Origin: Lingula anatina
Lineage: Eukaryota; Animalia; Brachiopoda
Direction of reading: 5' to 3'
Assembly: GCA_051362555.1 (NCBI GenBank)
Contig: CM120640.1
Coordinates: 43,564,788-43,628,787, forward strand
Length of the DNA: 64,000 nt
Shown: positions 33,647 to 46,729 of the stretch, piece by piece
Numbering within the stretch: the stretch's first letter is position 1
How the letters are laid out: each line of letters begins with the position of its first letter
Notes under the pieces: generated by a model
The model's input: the letters and a program-made list of their open reading frames with translations, nothing else
Told to the model about the DNA's origin: nothing
Databases searched by the model: none
Program-made: the position numbers and the translations under genes

Positions 33647-33782
33647 CACATGGACTGGTCAGTCCATCTACTGGTGATCTAAAGAGATCATTCTACACCA
33701 CCCATGACACCAAGATATATTAGCTGACAGAGGTCCTGAAATTTAGTGGACCTCCCAAACAGCTAAAGATCAGTCTAAGCTT

Positions 33783-33813
<31 letters not shown>

Positions 33814-34426
33814 GACTCATGTACAAGATTTTTTTAGCTGTAAATTTAAATATTAGAAAACCAAATATTTAAATTAATCGGGAAAATAATGAATATTATA
33901 ATGATGATACTGGATTTCTGACAAAAAACAGATAACTATAGAGAATAAATACTTATAATGTTACCTTGAATTTCAAGGTGCAATCTACTATGGAAAACTT
34001 AACCTTTTCATAGTATATTTTGGGATATCAAACCTTGAAGATAATAGAATATCAGATTTCAATAGGTTCCTGGTTGACCTGGTCAGTTCAAAGGGAGGCA
34101 TTCTGGCTCATTGGGGTGTGTTCATACTTTGTAATGCACAGGTAACCACACTTCCTGCTTCTGATACCTTCCTGACAACCTCTAAGGGATACACTGAGAG
34201 TTCAACTGTCTCAATCATTAATAAGATAACCCAGAATGCCAACTATTCGCATTGTCCCACCCATAGAAATTTGCTTATAAATATAAATAGACATAGCCTG
34301 CTAGTGATCATTAAGGCCTGGATACAACTGCAATGAATCATTTTTGTTTTTAGACCCTAAATGTATGATCTTTGATAACAAAGCAGTATTTCACATGATA
34401 TGTCACAAACAATTTAAAAATCAGTC

Positions 34427-35058
34427 TAAGACCGCATTCTCAACGAATTGAGCCAGGCTTTACAAATCCTGAGAACTAAAAATGGCGGATGTACATGAAA
34501 GAAAAACTGCCTAATCTTTTAATAGTCTCTCCGCCTCTCACACACCTCCCCACACGTCGTCCCTGTGGGGCACAGTAATTAAATCTCGGCTCTGTTCGCC
34601 ATGCGGAAGCTACCTGAGAAATATTAAGTGCGCATGCTCATCAGTTAAACTCGTGGTGAAGAAAGCATGGCGGCTGAAGGCGATCGAAGGAAAAAAGCTC
34701 TTCTGTTCTATTATCTTTCAAAACAGAGACGAAAAAGGAATGAATTGGCCCGTAGAGCAGCAATGAATCGACTATCTACGGAGATAATATCACCAGAGAT
34801 ATTCACGGAGAAATTCATGTTCATACCTAGATCAATCTAACAGGATCGATCCATCTCTGAGGGGTTTCACGCTAAATTGCTTTCAGCTTAGATATCTGGC
34901 ACACCTACTGAAGCTGCTAAATGATAATTAATTACCCCCTAGCAGTTTGAGTAGGTGTGACAGACATCTAAGCCACTTAAGTTGATTGCAATTTAGCGAG
35001 AATCCTCTTGGAGATAGATCAATCCACAGTTAGTACGAGAGGGACTGGGAATGGTCCC
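34427..35058. mobile_element. Composite Harbinger-like non-autonomous element/MITE
   Basis: Starts TAAGACCGCATTC and ends GGGAATGGTCC; 34826-35057 is homologous to 23650-23850 and 60358-60602; CpG-rich 5' part with a short ORF MAAEGDRRKKALLFYYLSKQRRKRN (from 34667). Confidence 0.55.
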
Positions 35059-36827
35059 AAAGGTTTGGTATTCTGAAGGTTCGCTATAACAAATAATTGT
35101 GAAAAATTCCTCTAAAACTGACTGCTATGCCAACTGACAAGTTTCAGTATTCCGAAGGGTTGGTTATGACAAAATTCAGTATTCCCAAAAAGGTTATTAT
35201 GGAACTAATGCAATAGCTGCATTAGTTCCATAATTGGTGCGAGCACTGACCTCCGTGTCAAAGAAACAAAATAAAGTTCTTTGATATTAGAATTTTTTGC
35301 AGATTTTTTTTTGCAGATTCTTTGTCATATAGAAGCACACCTGGAAAGATAAACTTATTCATTTTATAACATCACCAATTTTTTTTTGTGTTTTCATGTA
35401 TGTGCAAGTGTCATAGAGTGTCTAGAACAATGCAAAAACAAGAAAGGTTTAATTATCCAAGGCTTCAAAAACATGCAACCAAATCAACCAAATTTCAGTG
35501 TGGATAATGCACTTCCAGATTCACAGTCTCAAACTTTACTTTGGTTGTAAAAGGTTTGAATAAATTACTGGTATGGCTTCATATCCTCTATTACTACCCC
35601 CAGTAGTAAGTTAAAATTGGCTTCAAAATCTGTCACTAAAGGAATGGTGTGATGAATAAAAATAAAAGTTTGTATTGCCAAAAAGAGTTTGGTCAAGCTC
35701 AGTGATGGACGGATTTCTTGGGTCAGCTCTATGTTTCAAGGGGTTAGTTTTATTATTGGAAGAAAAATGGAGTTGAGCCTTAATTTGGACAAATGAAATG
35801 TTTGAGTCCTGAATTTATTAGGGCAATCATACAACTTTTGGTCAAGATATGATTAGGGCAATCATAAATCTTTTGACTTTCATGAATTCCAATTCAAAAG
35901 CCAAAAGATAAGACAGGCTGTTAATTATGGGTTACACAAGACTGAATAGGTCACTTATCAGCCTTGGAGTTTTGCAGCTAGACAAGTCATGAGGGCCCTT
36001 GACTGTGCCTAATAAAATGTCTTCTGTCAATCCTTTCATCATATACACACCTCACTGTAAAGCATCCTTGTTCTAAAACACTATGCAACATTTTCTGTAA
36101 TCTAGAAAACCACACAAATTAGTCATTCAAGTGTGCGTTGTTAAAATCATTAAGAAGTATCATTTCTTTTTTGGCCAAATTAAAACTTTTGGTAATTTTT
36201 ATTCATCAGCCCTTTTGGACAAGTACAGGATTCAGGCACTAATTAGAAAATCATTTAGCTGATAAATGATAACTGACCTCCAATCAATCATGACAGTAAT
36301 GAGAGGATGGCACAGAAATAAACATTTAAGTGACATAACCTGGTCTTCTCCTCCCAGTGTCTGGGGCTTGGACGAGGGTCTAATCTTAGTTCATTTGTCA
36401 CATAAATAGCTTTTCGTGACAATGGTAGATTATTAGTAGTTTTTAATTACTATTTCACTTGTATATAAAGATGGGATTTTCCCCAGTCAGTATTTTATTT
36501 TGTGTATTGTATTCTATTCATCAATTTTTTTCTGAAAAATGTTTTAGCGATTTTTTATTTTTCATAAAATGCTGCCACCAGTGTGGGTTACTCTCATCTG
36601 GTTACTTACACATGAATTTTTTTTTTGTTTTGTTTTATTTTCTTTGAACACTTTCCTATACAAGTCACATCTTCTCTGTATGTGGAGCCACTACTTGAGA
36701 TTCACTCTTCTCTGTACACTGTATACAACTCTAGCTGACTGCTAATTATGGTTACTGATTATGGCACGGACTCGCATCTAACACTGCAAGCTCTCAAATT
36801 CTTAGTCTTACTCTACATATACCTTAC

Positions 36828-38083
36828 CAGTCTACGACGTTAAGCACTAGCCCGAGGCAATTGCCCACCTAAAGGGGCACCGGGCTAGTAAAAAAGTTGA
36901 AATTTTATAAAGCACTAGCCCGAACGGGCTAGTTGTAATTTTGAACCTATTTTAACACTCAGTAAGATTTCAAAAATATAAGTCGCCAGTCTTCTTTGTC
37001 CCTGCCTCTAATTTGACGTTTCTAGATAGTATGATATGCCTCTCAGTTGAAAAAAACTCACAGCTAGCTCTAACTACTGAATATTGATTAGTTGCTATAA
37101 ATAACTTCACTGTAGTTATTTATAGCAGCAGTCTGTCTGCCCAGCATGTCCGCATCTTTTTATTTGACCAGTTTGTTGTCATGACTACAAATTGCTGTCA
37201 ATCAAGAAACTGGATCAGACCGGAATTCCTTGGTGCTAGCAACAGGTTATTTGTCAAAACAACTCTCCGAAGCAAGTGTTATGTATGCGTTATCTCATAG
37301 AACATTTGGGTTAGGACCACTTAGCAGACCGATGGGTACTTCCTTTTTTGTTTATATATTTATTTATTATTTTAATATCCATGAGTAAATACATTTTCCT
37401 TTGCTTATTGCCTTTTAAAAACAATAACACCCTGGCAGTTACATAAATACCCTATGAACTATTCTTGACAATGTGGGATAGTTCGGTTTATGCCTTGGCT
37501 ACCCCTCCACACTTTGTCCTGGTAAAGTCCTTGAAAAGTTGTTTTTACAAATATATAACCAAAAGAATTCTAACCAAAAAATTGTAAGACGTTTGTTTAA
37601 TTACCCTTACAGCACCTATGTATTTTAAATAAGAAGTGGCATTATATACCAATGTAATTGGAAATAAATTGTCAGAAAAGAGCCATTGTCAATAAAAAGA
37701 ATAGGAATTTAAAAAAAGATTTTGATTGCATATAAAAAATGGAAAAAAAAGGCATTATATGAAAAGTAAGGGTAACTATATTCAGTATTACAAATTAAAA
37801 AAATTTTTTTTTCAATTTTAAAAGAATTAAATATATTTTTAATTAATTTTACCACCCCATCAACTAGAAATTAACCTGATTGACTTTGTTATTCACTTGC
37901 TCTACTTCTATAATAAGGTTTATAAGAAAGTACAGTATGGTACCACAACTCTTTAAAACATCTGCTTAAACTTTTTAAATGAATTATTTAATTTGGGCTA
38001 GTGTTTTTTGGTTCGGGCTAGTAAAGTTTGAGAGTCTGCTAGCCCGTAGGGCTAGTAGTCTAAAAAGTTTTTGGCACAGACTG
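36828..38083. mobile_element. Non-autonomous hAT-like element with 6-bp TSD (hAT6-like)
   Basis: Termini CAGTCT / AGACTG; exact flanking duplication CCTTAC (36822-36827, 38084-38089); multiple subterminal CTAGCCCG/CGGGCTAG motifs at both ends. Confidence 0.8.
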
Positions 38084-39002
38084 CCTTACTGTACTTACAT
38101 ACTTGTTTTGGGATATGAATCTGTGAACCTGCCTCAGACTTTATTTACACTTTCTCAAAAGTGGACCACCCTGAATGGCTCACTGCAATGCTTGGTTGCC
38201 ATTTAATGACAGCAGGGAAAGTGGATGGGTCACTTCAAAACCCTCTGTTAGGTGAATTTGATAGCCCTACCAGCCATTCCAATGCATTATAAGTCATGCA
38301 TTCAGCAGCTACTAACAATACACCAGCTGAATACAAACAAAATGCTAATTTTAACCATGTATTTAAAACTGCAAAAACCAGTACAATATTGGCTTGACCA
38401 TCATGATCAGTCACCATGCCAAAGTTCCTAACCCTACCTGGAAATTATTTCTGAACTTTTCTAGAGAAGTTCCTAGTTTTATGAAGCTGACCAGTTCTAG
38501 ATTATATATATATATATCCGAGTCGCATCATACAATTTTATCACTGTTACTTTTTATAAACCACTTGTACACAAGACTGTTTTCAGGTGTTCTTGAACAT
38601 TACATCATTGAATAGGCAATTAGTGCTACAAAGCAAATTCTTGTAATGCCACAAATGTATTAAGGTCTTCACAACAGGTGCACAGGAGTATTATGTTTCT
38701 GCATTATATTTGATATTACATTTAACTAAGGTATTTCCCCCTGATTATCTGTGTAGTATCTCATCTTCCCTTTGTGTCTCTGATTGAATAGTATCATAAT
38801 AAACTTAATTTTTCACTTCCATGAAAGTTTTGATTTACCTAGAATTATATTTTGGTTTTCATAAATACTATGACCTTTTTCTAAATTTCTTTTTGACTGT
38901 TCAGGGTTCCAAGATTTTAAATCTAGTATTCATATACTGTATTGGTTTTGAAAAATGACCATTTACTTAGAAACATAATAATATAAGAAACAGCTATATT
39001 AA

Positions 39003-42000
39003 CCCAGATAGCAAAGAGTGGTCGCGCCAACGTCGGCCCGACGACTTTGCCTCCGTCGGGCCAACGTTGCACCGACGCTGGGCCGACGTCATTATGGATA
39101 AACGGCAGTCAGCCGCTGTCATGCCGACAATTTGCCAACTTCGTGCCAACGTCGGGCCAACGTCGTTATGAGCTATTACTATCGGCGGTTAGCCGCTGTT
39201 ATGCCGACCTTTTGCTGACGTCGCGCCAACGTTATTATCGATAACCGGCGGTCAGCCACTATAATGCCGACCTTTTGCCGACGTCGCGCCAACGTTGGGC
39301 CAATGTCGTTATGAGCTATTACTATCGGCGGTTAGCCGCTGTTATGCCAACGGTGCCACCTTCTTGCCAACTTTCTCGTTAACCATCATTTTACCACCGT
39401 TATGCAAATAATGCCGTTCTTTAATTAGCCAATGTTATTATGGACTCTCCATGGTCAGCCAGCTATGACTCAATTGGCGAACGTTGGCAATAGGGTAGCA
39501 GCGGCGTTTCTTCGTAATAACCCTCTCACTGAAGTGAAAAAGTCCCGTTGGCCTAAAAGATAATAATAATAACAACGTGAATCATGTTTTGTGAAGAACC
39601 ATCTTTATAAATCTGAGTGAGTTAATAACGATAATTCAATTAGTTATTGAAAATAAATATTATTACTGATGCATCTCTAAAGATCTACTTTACAGATGTC
39701 ATATATAATCCAAGCTTTCGGTCCCTAGGCCTTCTTCAGAGACATTAAAAAATGGTGAAGAAAAACTCCTGGGGTATGTGGCGTCGATGATGTGTTAAAG
39801 GCACGCGATGCTGCAAAAGCGTCCTAAACGCTAAACCTAACATATAAAAAATCAATATTCATTTAAGAAACTGTTGTCCCTACTGAGTCCATTATTCAAG
39901 GTGTCTAGTGTTCTAATACATTTCTGTACGACGATCCGTCTTTGCCTAGTGTCGTTCCTTTTAAGACGGTGACGGTGATGTCTTTAGCTGAGTGTTGTGT
40001 TGTCCCACAGGCATGAAGAGGTTTTTGTTGTTTATAGGGCAGCGGTGGTGTCTAATTCTGTCTTTTAATTTCTGCCTCGTTTCCCCGACGTACATTTGAT
40101 GGCATTGTTAACATCATATCAAATAGATGACGCTCTGTGAGTCGCAAGATTTGCAGCATATCTTTGACTACGACACTACGCTGGAAAGAAGTGACTGTGG
40201 CCTTAATTCCCACACGGGACGAAGAGGAATGATGATGATGACTAAGATTCATCTGAGGAACTCTGCTGCGGCGCCTGGGCTGCTTCTTTCTCTGTGAAGA
40301 GAATAGAAAAAATATAAAAACTCACACTTAATCTAATAAAACATACAAAATTCACCGTTAATATCATATGTTATTTCACTGATATGCAAAATAAAAAACA
40401 GCTAAGAAGACAACTGAAACCAAGCTTAAGGAATCTAGCATGATACTGATCCACGTTTCTCTAACTATTATTTTTTCTATTTGCGATGTGAAATGTTCTA
40501 AACTTTATGAGGTCAGGGACAGACAGGTTAGTTTTGTACGCTCGATTTTGGCCGCAACGAATCAACAATCCATGTTTCTCTATCGTATTATTGAACCGTT
40601 GGTTTCAGTTGTCTTCTAATGACTTATTTCCTAGTTCGCATCCAATCCACCCGCGCTTATTCGTAATGTTGCATATTGAAATGAAGTTGTTAATGTATAC
40701 TTTGAAATGTAGACGAAATAATGTAATTATTTTCCAGGGAAGTGGTTACTCTGCTAAATATATTACCCTTCTTCTTCTCCAGCCTCCTCCTCCTACCCCC
40801 ATCCCTGTCACTTACATATATTTTAAGAAGAATAATGTACTAAATTCCAGAAGAGAGTCGCAGGCAAGAAGTAGGCTAAATTAATTTCTTAGTTGTTTAC
40901 TACTTAATCCATTGATAGGGATGATATAAGTTAAACTACTGCATCATACCATGGCAATGACACACTGAAGCACTTTAACTATATACACACACATACCTTT
41001 CAAGTGTATTTTCTTGTGAGGATTGACTGCTCAACACCGGCGACAAATAGGTAGTAATGCATGATGGAAGACTATAAGAGAAATATGAGATACATATTAA
41101 GTGTGGCTTTGTAATGTGCACAAAATGCCTTGTCTAATTATGAGCCTAAACCAAAAAAGAAACATTATTATATCATACCCTGTGGGTATTTGACTAAACA
41201 TCTAGAAAAAAATTCAATTTAAACTTGCCCCCCCCCCCCTCCCTAAAAGAACCACCTCTGGATATTTTAGGTTAGCCTACTGAGGTCCATTGTTGAACAG
41301 AAAACCTGTAAAAATCTGAGTGGACATTATACCCCTTAATGCTTAACTCAGTTTGGAATGTATGCCATAAGGTTTATCCAGTGTTAAACCCATGCTGACA
41401 TTATAAGTTTACATGTTAGTATCATGCAGCCTTGCTATATACCCCTATTATATAAGCATTTCAAATTCAACTAGAGAAAATATAAACAATATATACTCCT
41501 AAGTACAAAAAAAAGTACTAGAACGTTGCTCATTCACATTTATAAATTGTCTGTACATGAAATGTGGTAATTGAAATGTCTTTCAAAGCATAAAAGAATT
41601 TGAGCGGGAAAATCTTTTTGGCCGCCGTTGGTTCAAAGGTGGCATGCAGCGCGCCAACTGCCTGCAGCTACGACTAACAAATTATTGACAGATTTGCTTG
41701 TTTTCGTTAATTCATCTACAACAAATAAACCTCCACCTATAGTACGAAAAACATAAACACTTTATAGTAAATACTTACCTAACAATTTGGTGCAAAATAC
41801 GGAAAATATGAAATAACCGTCAAGTGCACTTGCAACGATCTATGGCCGCTTAGTGTGGGTGACCTCGATTTGAAATTGGCCGCTTAGTGCAAATCGAGCA
41901 CAGCTGGTGAGCCACTGTTATACCGACGTCGGGCCGACGGCGTAAAGCAGTCGTCGGCCCGACGTCGGGTCACCAGTAGTGGCCCGACGCACAGCTGATG

Positions 42001-42157
42001 AGCCACCGTTATACCGACGTCGGGCCAACGGCGTAAAGCAGTCGTCGGCCCGACGTCGGGTCACTAGTAGTGGCCCGACGTCGGCCCGACAACGACTGCC
42101 GACCGCGACCGTGCCGACCAATGCCGACGTCGGCCCGACCGCTCATTGCTATCTGGG
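39003..42157. mobile_element. Non-autonomous EnSpm/CACTA (CMC)-like DNA transposon
   Basis: 12-bp perfect TIR CCCAGATAGCAA / TTGCTATCTGGG, 2-bp TSD AA, dense subterminal palindromic repeats CCGACGTCGG / CCAACGTTGG at 39020-39360 and 41920-42140. No intact transposase. Confidence 0.85.
39690..39960 (-). mobile_element. 3' fragment of a Penelope-like retroelement (GIY-YIG C-terminus plus hammerhead-like motif)
   Basis: Minus strand encodes NDTRQRRIVVQKCIRTLDTLNNGLSRD (cf. the PLE endonuclease end R...E..WI..L.T...GLN), followed by CTGAAGA-AGGCCTAGGGACC-GAAAGCTT at 39739-39712. Confidence 0.55.
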
Positions 42158-44883
42158 AAACTTTTGTCACAAGTGCATCACCAGTTTAAATACCCACAGG
42201 AGAGGTGTCTGCTGTTCTGAAAACTAAGGGGGCCTTAATTTGAAATCCACCAATATTCTGTAGGTCTGCTATTCCCAAGGTTTGAGGGTCCACTATCCCA
42301 AAGCTTCGATATTCCAAAAATGTTTATTTATTGCCCTCTATATATCTGTACAGAATAGCAGACCCTTCAGAAAAGCAGACCCTCTGAATATAGAAGTGCA
42401 TCCCCCACAGGTTCAACGTTGCTGGGCCGGACCGTGTTAGGAATTGGCTGACCTGTGAACTTTTCTCACTCAGGAAAGCGATCTTTACTTTTGTTCTCAA
42501 AATATTACTCATATGACATTTAAAATGCTTTGGGAAACAACCAAAAGTTGCAGTGATTGCTTTGGGATATGAAAATGTTTTGATTTGATTAAGATGAGGC
42601 TTACCAATACTTGTTCTGCAGGACACCAGTAATACATGTAATTACAGTTTGCTTTAAATGAAAGCTCCATGTTTACTTGACTCGTTCTTGTAAAGCTGAC
42701 CCCTTTCCCTCGGAATATTACCCAACCTGGCAAGATATTCCAACAATTATAACAACCTGCAAGTCATCTTATTCCATTTTAAAAATAGAAAGATGTTATT
42801 TTCTTGTTATGAACTCTATTCATGGTGAAGGTATGGAGTTGCTTATCCTCTTATATATATATATGCACCAAAGAGTAAAAAATATGTACATGTGTGTTTT
42901 GATACCCCCCCCCCCCCCAAAAAAAAAAAAGCATTTACCATACGACAAGCTGTACAAAATACAAAAAACAAAACATCTGTGTTTTTACAGTCCCACTTTT
43001 GGCATCTAATGGCTGCTTCTCTTGTGAAAATGCACTGACTGACCTCAAACTCACATAGATATAAAGAGACCCCAAGTGTAAATTCTCACCATCATATAAA
43101 ATCCTAAGTCAAGTCAATACAGTTTCTGAAAATCAGCACAAACAAATATTCTAACACATAAAATTAGCCTTCACAATCTTTGTTAAGATACTCTATCAAC
43201 CGATCGAGTTTATTGTATGTGTGCGTGGGGGTCTATTTCCCGTTATTAGTCTCTCTATCCCGGTGATAATCAAGGAAGGACAAGTCGCTGATTTTCCCGT
43301 AAAGTATTTATTTCGTGAATGAAACAATTGGTAAATACACTCCAATCTAGTAGCAACTGCCTAGTATGTAGCTATTTGAAATAAGCAGCCTGCAGAGCAC
43401 TGTAGCCGACACTACATTAAATCCCACGAAGAACTGTAGCGAATAAGTAAATAGTAAGCGAGTAAGTAAGTAGGTGTTAAAAGAGAGCCAGTGGTCTCTT
43501 TTTATACCCTTTTGACTACCACGCCCAAACGATAGCCAAACCCCAACTTTCACGTGATGTATCTTATGTATACTCTATTTCCAAATTTCCTTTTAAAGGT
43601 GCCAAATATATAACTTCAAGCAGCTTACTCTCTGTACCTCTAGGAGTTGCCTCTTTCTAGCTTTCTTTGGTGCGTATAGTAAACTGATCTATTTCTACTG
43701 TTATATAACACTGATCAAATGATTTCCATTGCAGGATCCACCACAGCAATACCCTGGTTTGTATGAAAGATCAGATGATAACCTGATACTTAAATCCCAA
43801 GCTATATCCATAAACTATATCACCCACACACCTGAGAAATCAATCATGTTAAATTCTCCATCAGAAAGGTATACAGGTTGATAAATAAAACCTTTACTGT
43901 TTGTTTTTGTTTTCTGTAAGTATTGACATTACATTCTTTTAAAACTCACACGCATAAATAAAATCAGTATAATAACTCTAGTACTGTGTGAAACTGCAAG
44001 TGAGATAATGCAAGCTTTTAGTAGGACCAAAAATCACTTCTACTCCATCAGGCACAGACCCCCAGCACTGAATTGTCCCGCACCTGACTTTACACTTACC
44101 AGATACAATATGTCTCTTGGTACCCCAATTTAACTAGAATCACATTACATAGCAGAGTGTGGATGTGAAATTGCCACCACTGGGAAATAGTGTGTGTCTG
44201 GTGAGAAACTTGTTCTACCTAATCATCCTAAATCTGACACGGATCTTTTATACAATTTTCTAACAGCTAGAGTAGACCTCTGGTAGAGGATAAGTATATA
44301 CTGTTATCTTACTTTTTTTGTAGAATTGTCATAAGTAATTAACTTATAATACATGTACCATGCTCACTACAGACCCACATTGCATGTTAGATAACACTTA
44401 CTTTTAAGTTAACACCTTTAAGATAACACTTACTTAAAAGATTGTAACTCAGATATACTGACTGTATGAATTAAAGAAGGATTACTTAAGATAGTACCTC
44501 AAGATATACTGACCGTATGAATAACTGTAACTAACCTCATTGTCTGAAACTAATCAAGAAGAATGCTCAAGTTATTAGGGAAGATATCACTGTCAGCATG
44601 AAATACTTCTACTGGATAGTTGCCTCCCTTTCACTGTCATCAATAACATGTTGTATTTCATTTGTCAAAAAATAAGGACTGGTACGTGCCTTAGCCAACA
44701 ATTAAATTTACGTTATCTTGATTAATTTTAGCATTAAGCATTTAGACCAAGTGAGATACAAACAAGTGATTACAATAACTTGTAATTAGTCAGTAACATG
44801 CTTTTCAAGTTTGCTTGTCAGACCTTTCCTTGGTAAAACATTTACAGTATTTATGATAATCAGCAGCCAAGATATGTGATATA

Positions 44884-45835
44884 AACCCCATTCACACGAG
44901 ACACTTTCAATCGCGATTAGTGCCAAATCGCGATTCTATCGATGTAAAGCTTCTAGTGTGAACGCAGTAGAGACGCCAAATCGCGATTCAAATTAATCCT
45001 ACTCGAGAGGTGGATTCTATCGATGTAAACTTAAATCGCGATATAAAATTTCCTAGTGAGAACGGGATCGATGTTAACACCGGAAGTTGAGGACTTATGT
45101 CGAATGCACAGTTTCTATCGAAAGTACAATACAATACAGTACAATAAATTTTATTTCATCTCGGGTATAAATTGAAACGAAAAATTAGCTAAATACAGCT
45201 ATTCGCCGACTGGAAAGTGAAAGAAAACAAATTGTCCACACAATTTGAAGTTTCTTCGCAGTCAGCAAAATGGCCAAGAGGACGTACTGGTCTGAAAACT
45301 CAGTGACAGCATAACTAAATATTTGGGCCGATGAGAGTATAAGGCTTCGTTCACATGCAATGTCTATTTTCTAATTTCTATTTTCTATTTGCGCTATCTT
45401 ATGATCATGGTCTGTGCCCTGAATATCCCGCCGCGTAATTACTGGCAGCGCGAGCCAGTTACTTATAGTAACTTATAGTAACTGGCTCGCGCTGCCAGTA
45501 ATTACGCCGCGGGATATTCAGGCCACAGACCGTGATCATAAGACATACCGCAAATAGAAAATAGAATTTAGAAAATAGACATTGCATGTGAACGAAGCCT
45601 TAAACAGAAAAGAACACCGTACACACCGAAAGCATGGTCTTGAAGGCAGCTACTGCGCATGATCAACAGGATATACCGTGACTCCCCTAGCGAGCACAGT
45701 TGCAATTACCAGATCTAGCAAGGTAAATCGCGATTTCGTTTTTACATGTGTGAACGCAAAAAAGTGAATTTAGCTAAGCGCGTTAGAATTGCGATTCCCT
45801 TAATCTCGATTAACCATGTAGGTGTGAATGGGGCT
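44884..45835 (+). mobile_element. Harbinger/PIF-derived non-autonomous element with a Myb/SANT-like ORF remnant
   Basis: TIR CCCCATTCACAC / GTGTGAATGGGG, TA/TAA flanks, repeated AATCGCGATT motifs; from 45270 it reads MAKRTYWSENSVTA*LNIWADESI, like the start of a trihelix/Myb-SANT domain. Confidence 0.7.
45342..45600. mobile_element. Near-perfect 259-bp palindromic MITE nested in the previous element
   Basis: AGGCTTCGTTCACATGCAATGTCTATTTTCTAA... / ...TTAGAAAATAGACATTGCATGTGAACGAAGCCT; the arms pair to the centre; TA (or TAA) duplication. Confidence 0.9.
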
Positions 45836-46530
45836 TAAGTTGGCCTCTCTGAGACAAAAAAAATGCAAGAATCCATGAAAAGTTGCATTAAAATTTAACA
45901 GATAGGAAGGAAACTGCATTGAGAATTTTGTCAAAGGTGACACATCAGTCAATTCTCCCATTTTCAGGTTGAACCTAGCCAATAGGTGTCCTCAGCCAAA
46001 ATCAATAATTAAATATAATAAAATGGTGCTTTTGTGCAGCTGTAGTTAATTTGGTAAGACAAGAAGACAAAAATGTCATTTGATGCTGCATGATAATTGC
46101 CAGTTTCTGAGATGCTTTCCATGATGGCATTCACAAAAACAAAACAGTAACACAGATCCCTCAGGGCACAACTCCATTGTTTCCACTGTAAAAATCTGGA
46201 CCATCTTCACACACAGGGCCTTGATACTGGTGGGTCTGAACCAAGATTAAAACTAATCAAAATAAGTTGAATTATTATGTAAAATTTTAATAAATGCCAA
46301 TAATTGCAAAGAATCCTATACAATGAAGTTACTGGGCCCTCATGATCACTTCTGATTGGGAAACAATCCCTGCTGATTTCTTGCATTCGACAGTCAGTCC
46401 ATGGCAGTTTTTAACAGGTGAGTGATTTAACAGCGGGCATAATGTGGAGACGGTCTGAAAAATCTTACCAAATTCAATATCCCTAAGCTGCAGGCCTCAT
46501 AAATCATAATTGTTGTATACTACCATGAAC

Positions 46531-46729
46531 CATAGATTTGTGAGCAAGAATGCCCAAATTAAGGACTCTAGCCATGTAAAAAGTACCCCAATGTAAAATG
46601 AGTAGACAAGAACACAGCATCAGGGTGGTTCATGTATCGAAACGCTGTGCTCATAGCTGCTTATTTTACATTCTGGTACTTAATTCATGGCTGGCGCTGT
46701 TATTTTGGGCATTCTTGCTCACAAATATG
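46531..46729. mobile_element. Foldback MITE
   Basis: ATTTGTGAGCAAGAATGCCCAAA (46536) / TTTGGGCATTCTTGCTCACAAAT (46726), with further inner complementarity (AGCCATG..AAGTACC..AATGTAAAAT). Confidence 0.8.

Noticed and set aside
41918-42227. Arg-rich ORFs on both strands (also 39047-39244)
   Set aside because: Produced by GC-rich subterminal repeats of the EnSpm-like element.
44385-44525. Short local duplications (AGATAACACTTACTT x2; AGATATACTGAC.GTATGAAT x2)
   Set aside because: Only two copies each with irregular spacing; ordinary slippage or LTR-like debris.
46600-46665. Hammerhead ribozyme (CACAGC...GAAACGCTGTG)
   Set aside because: Lacks the CUGANGA core; it is the centre of a foldback MITE.
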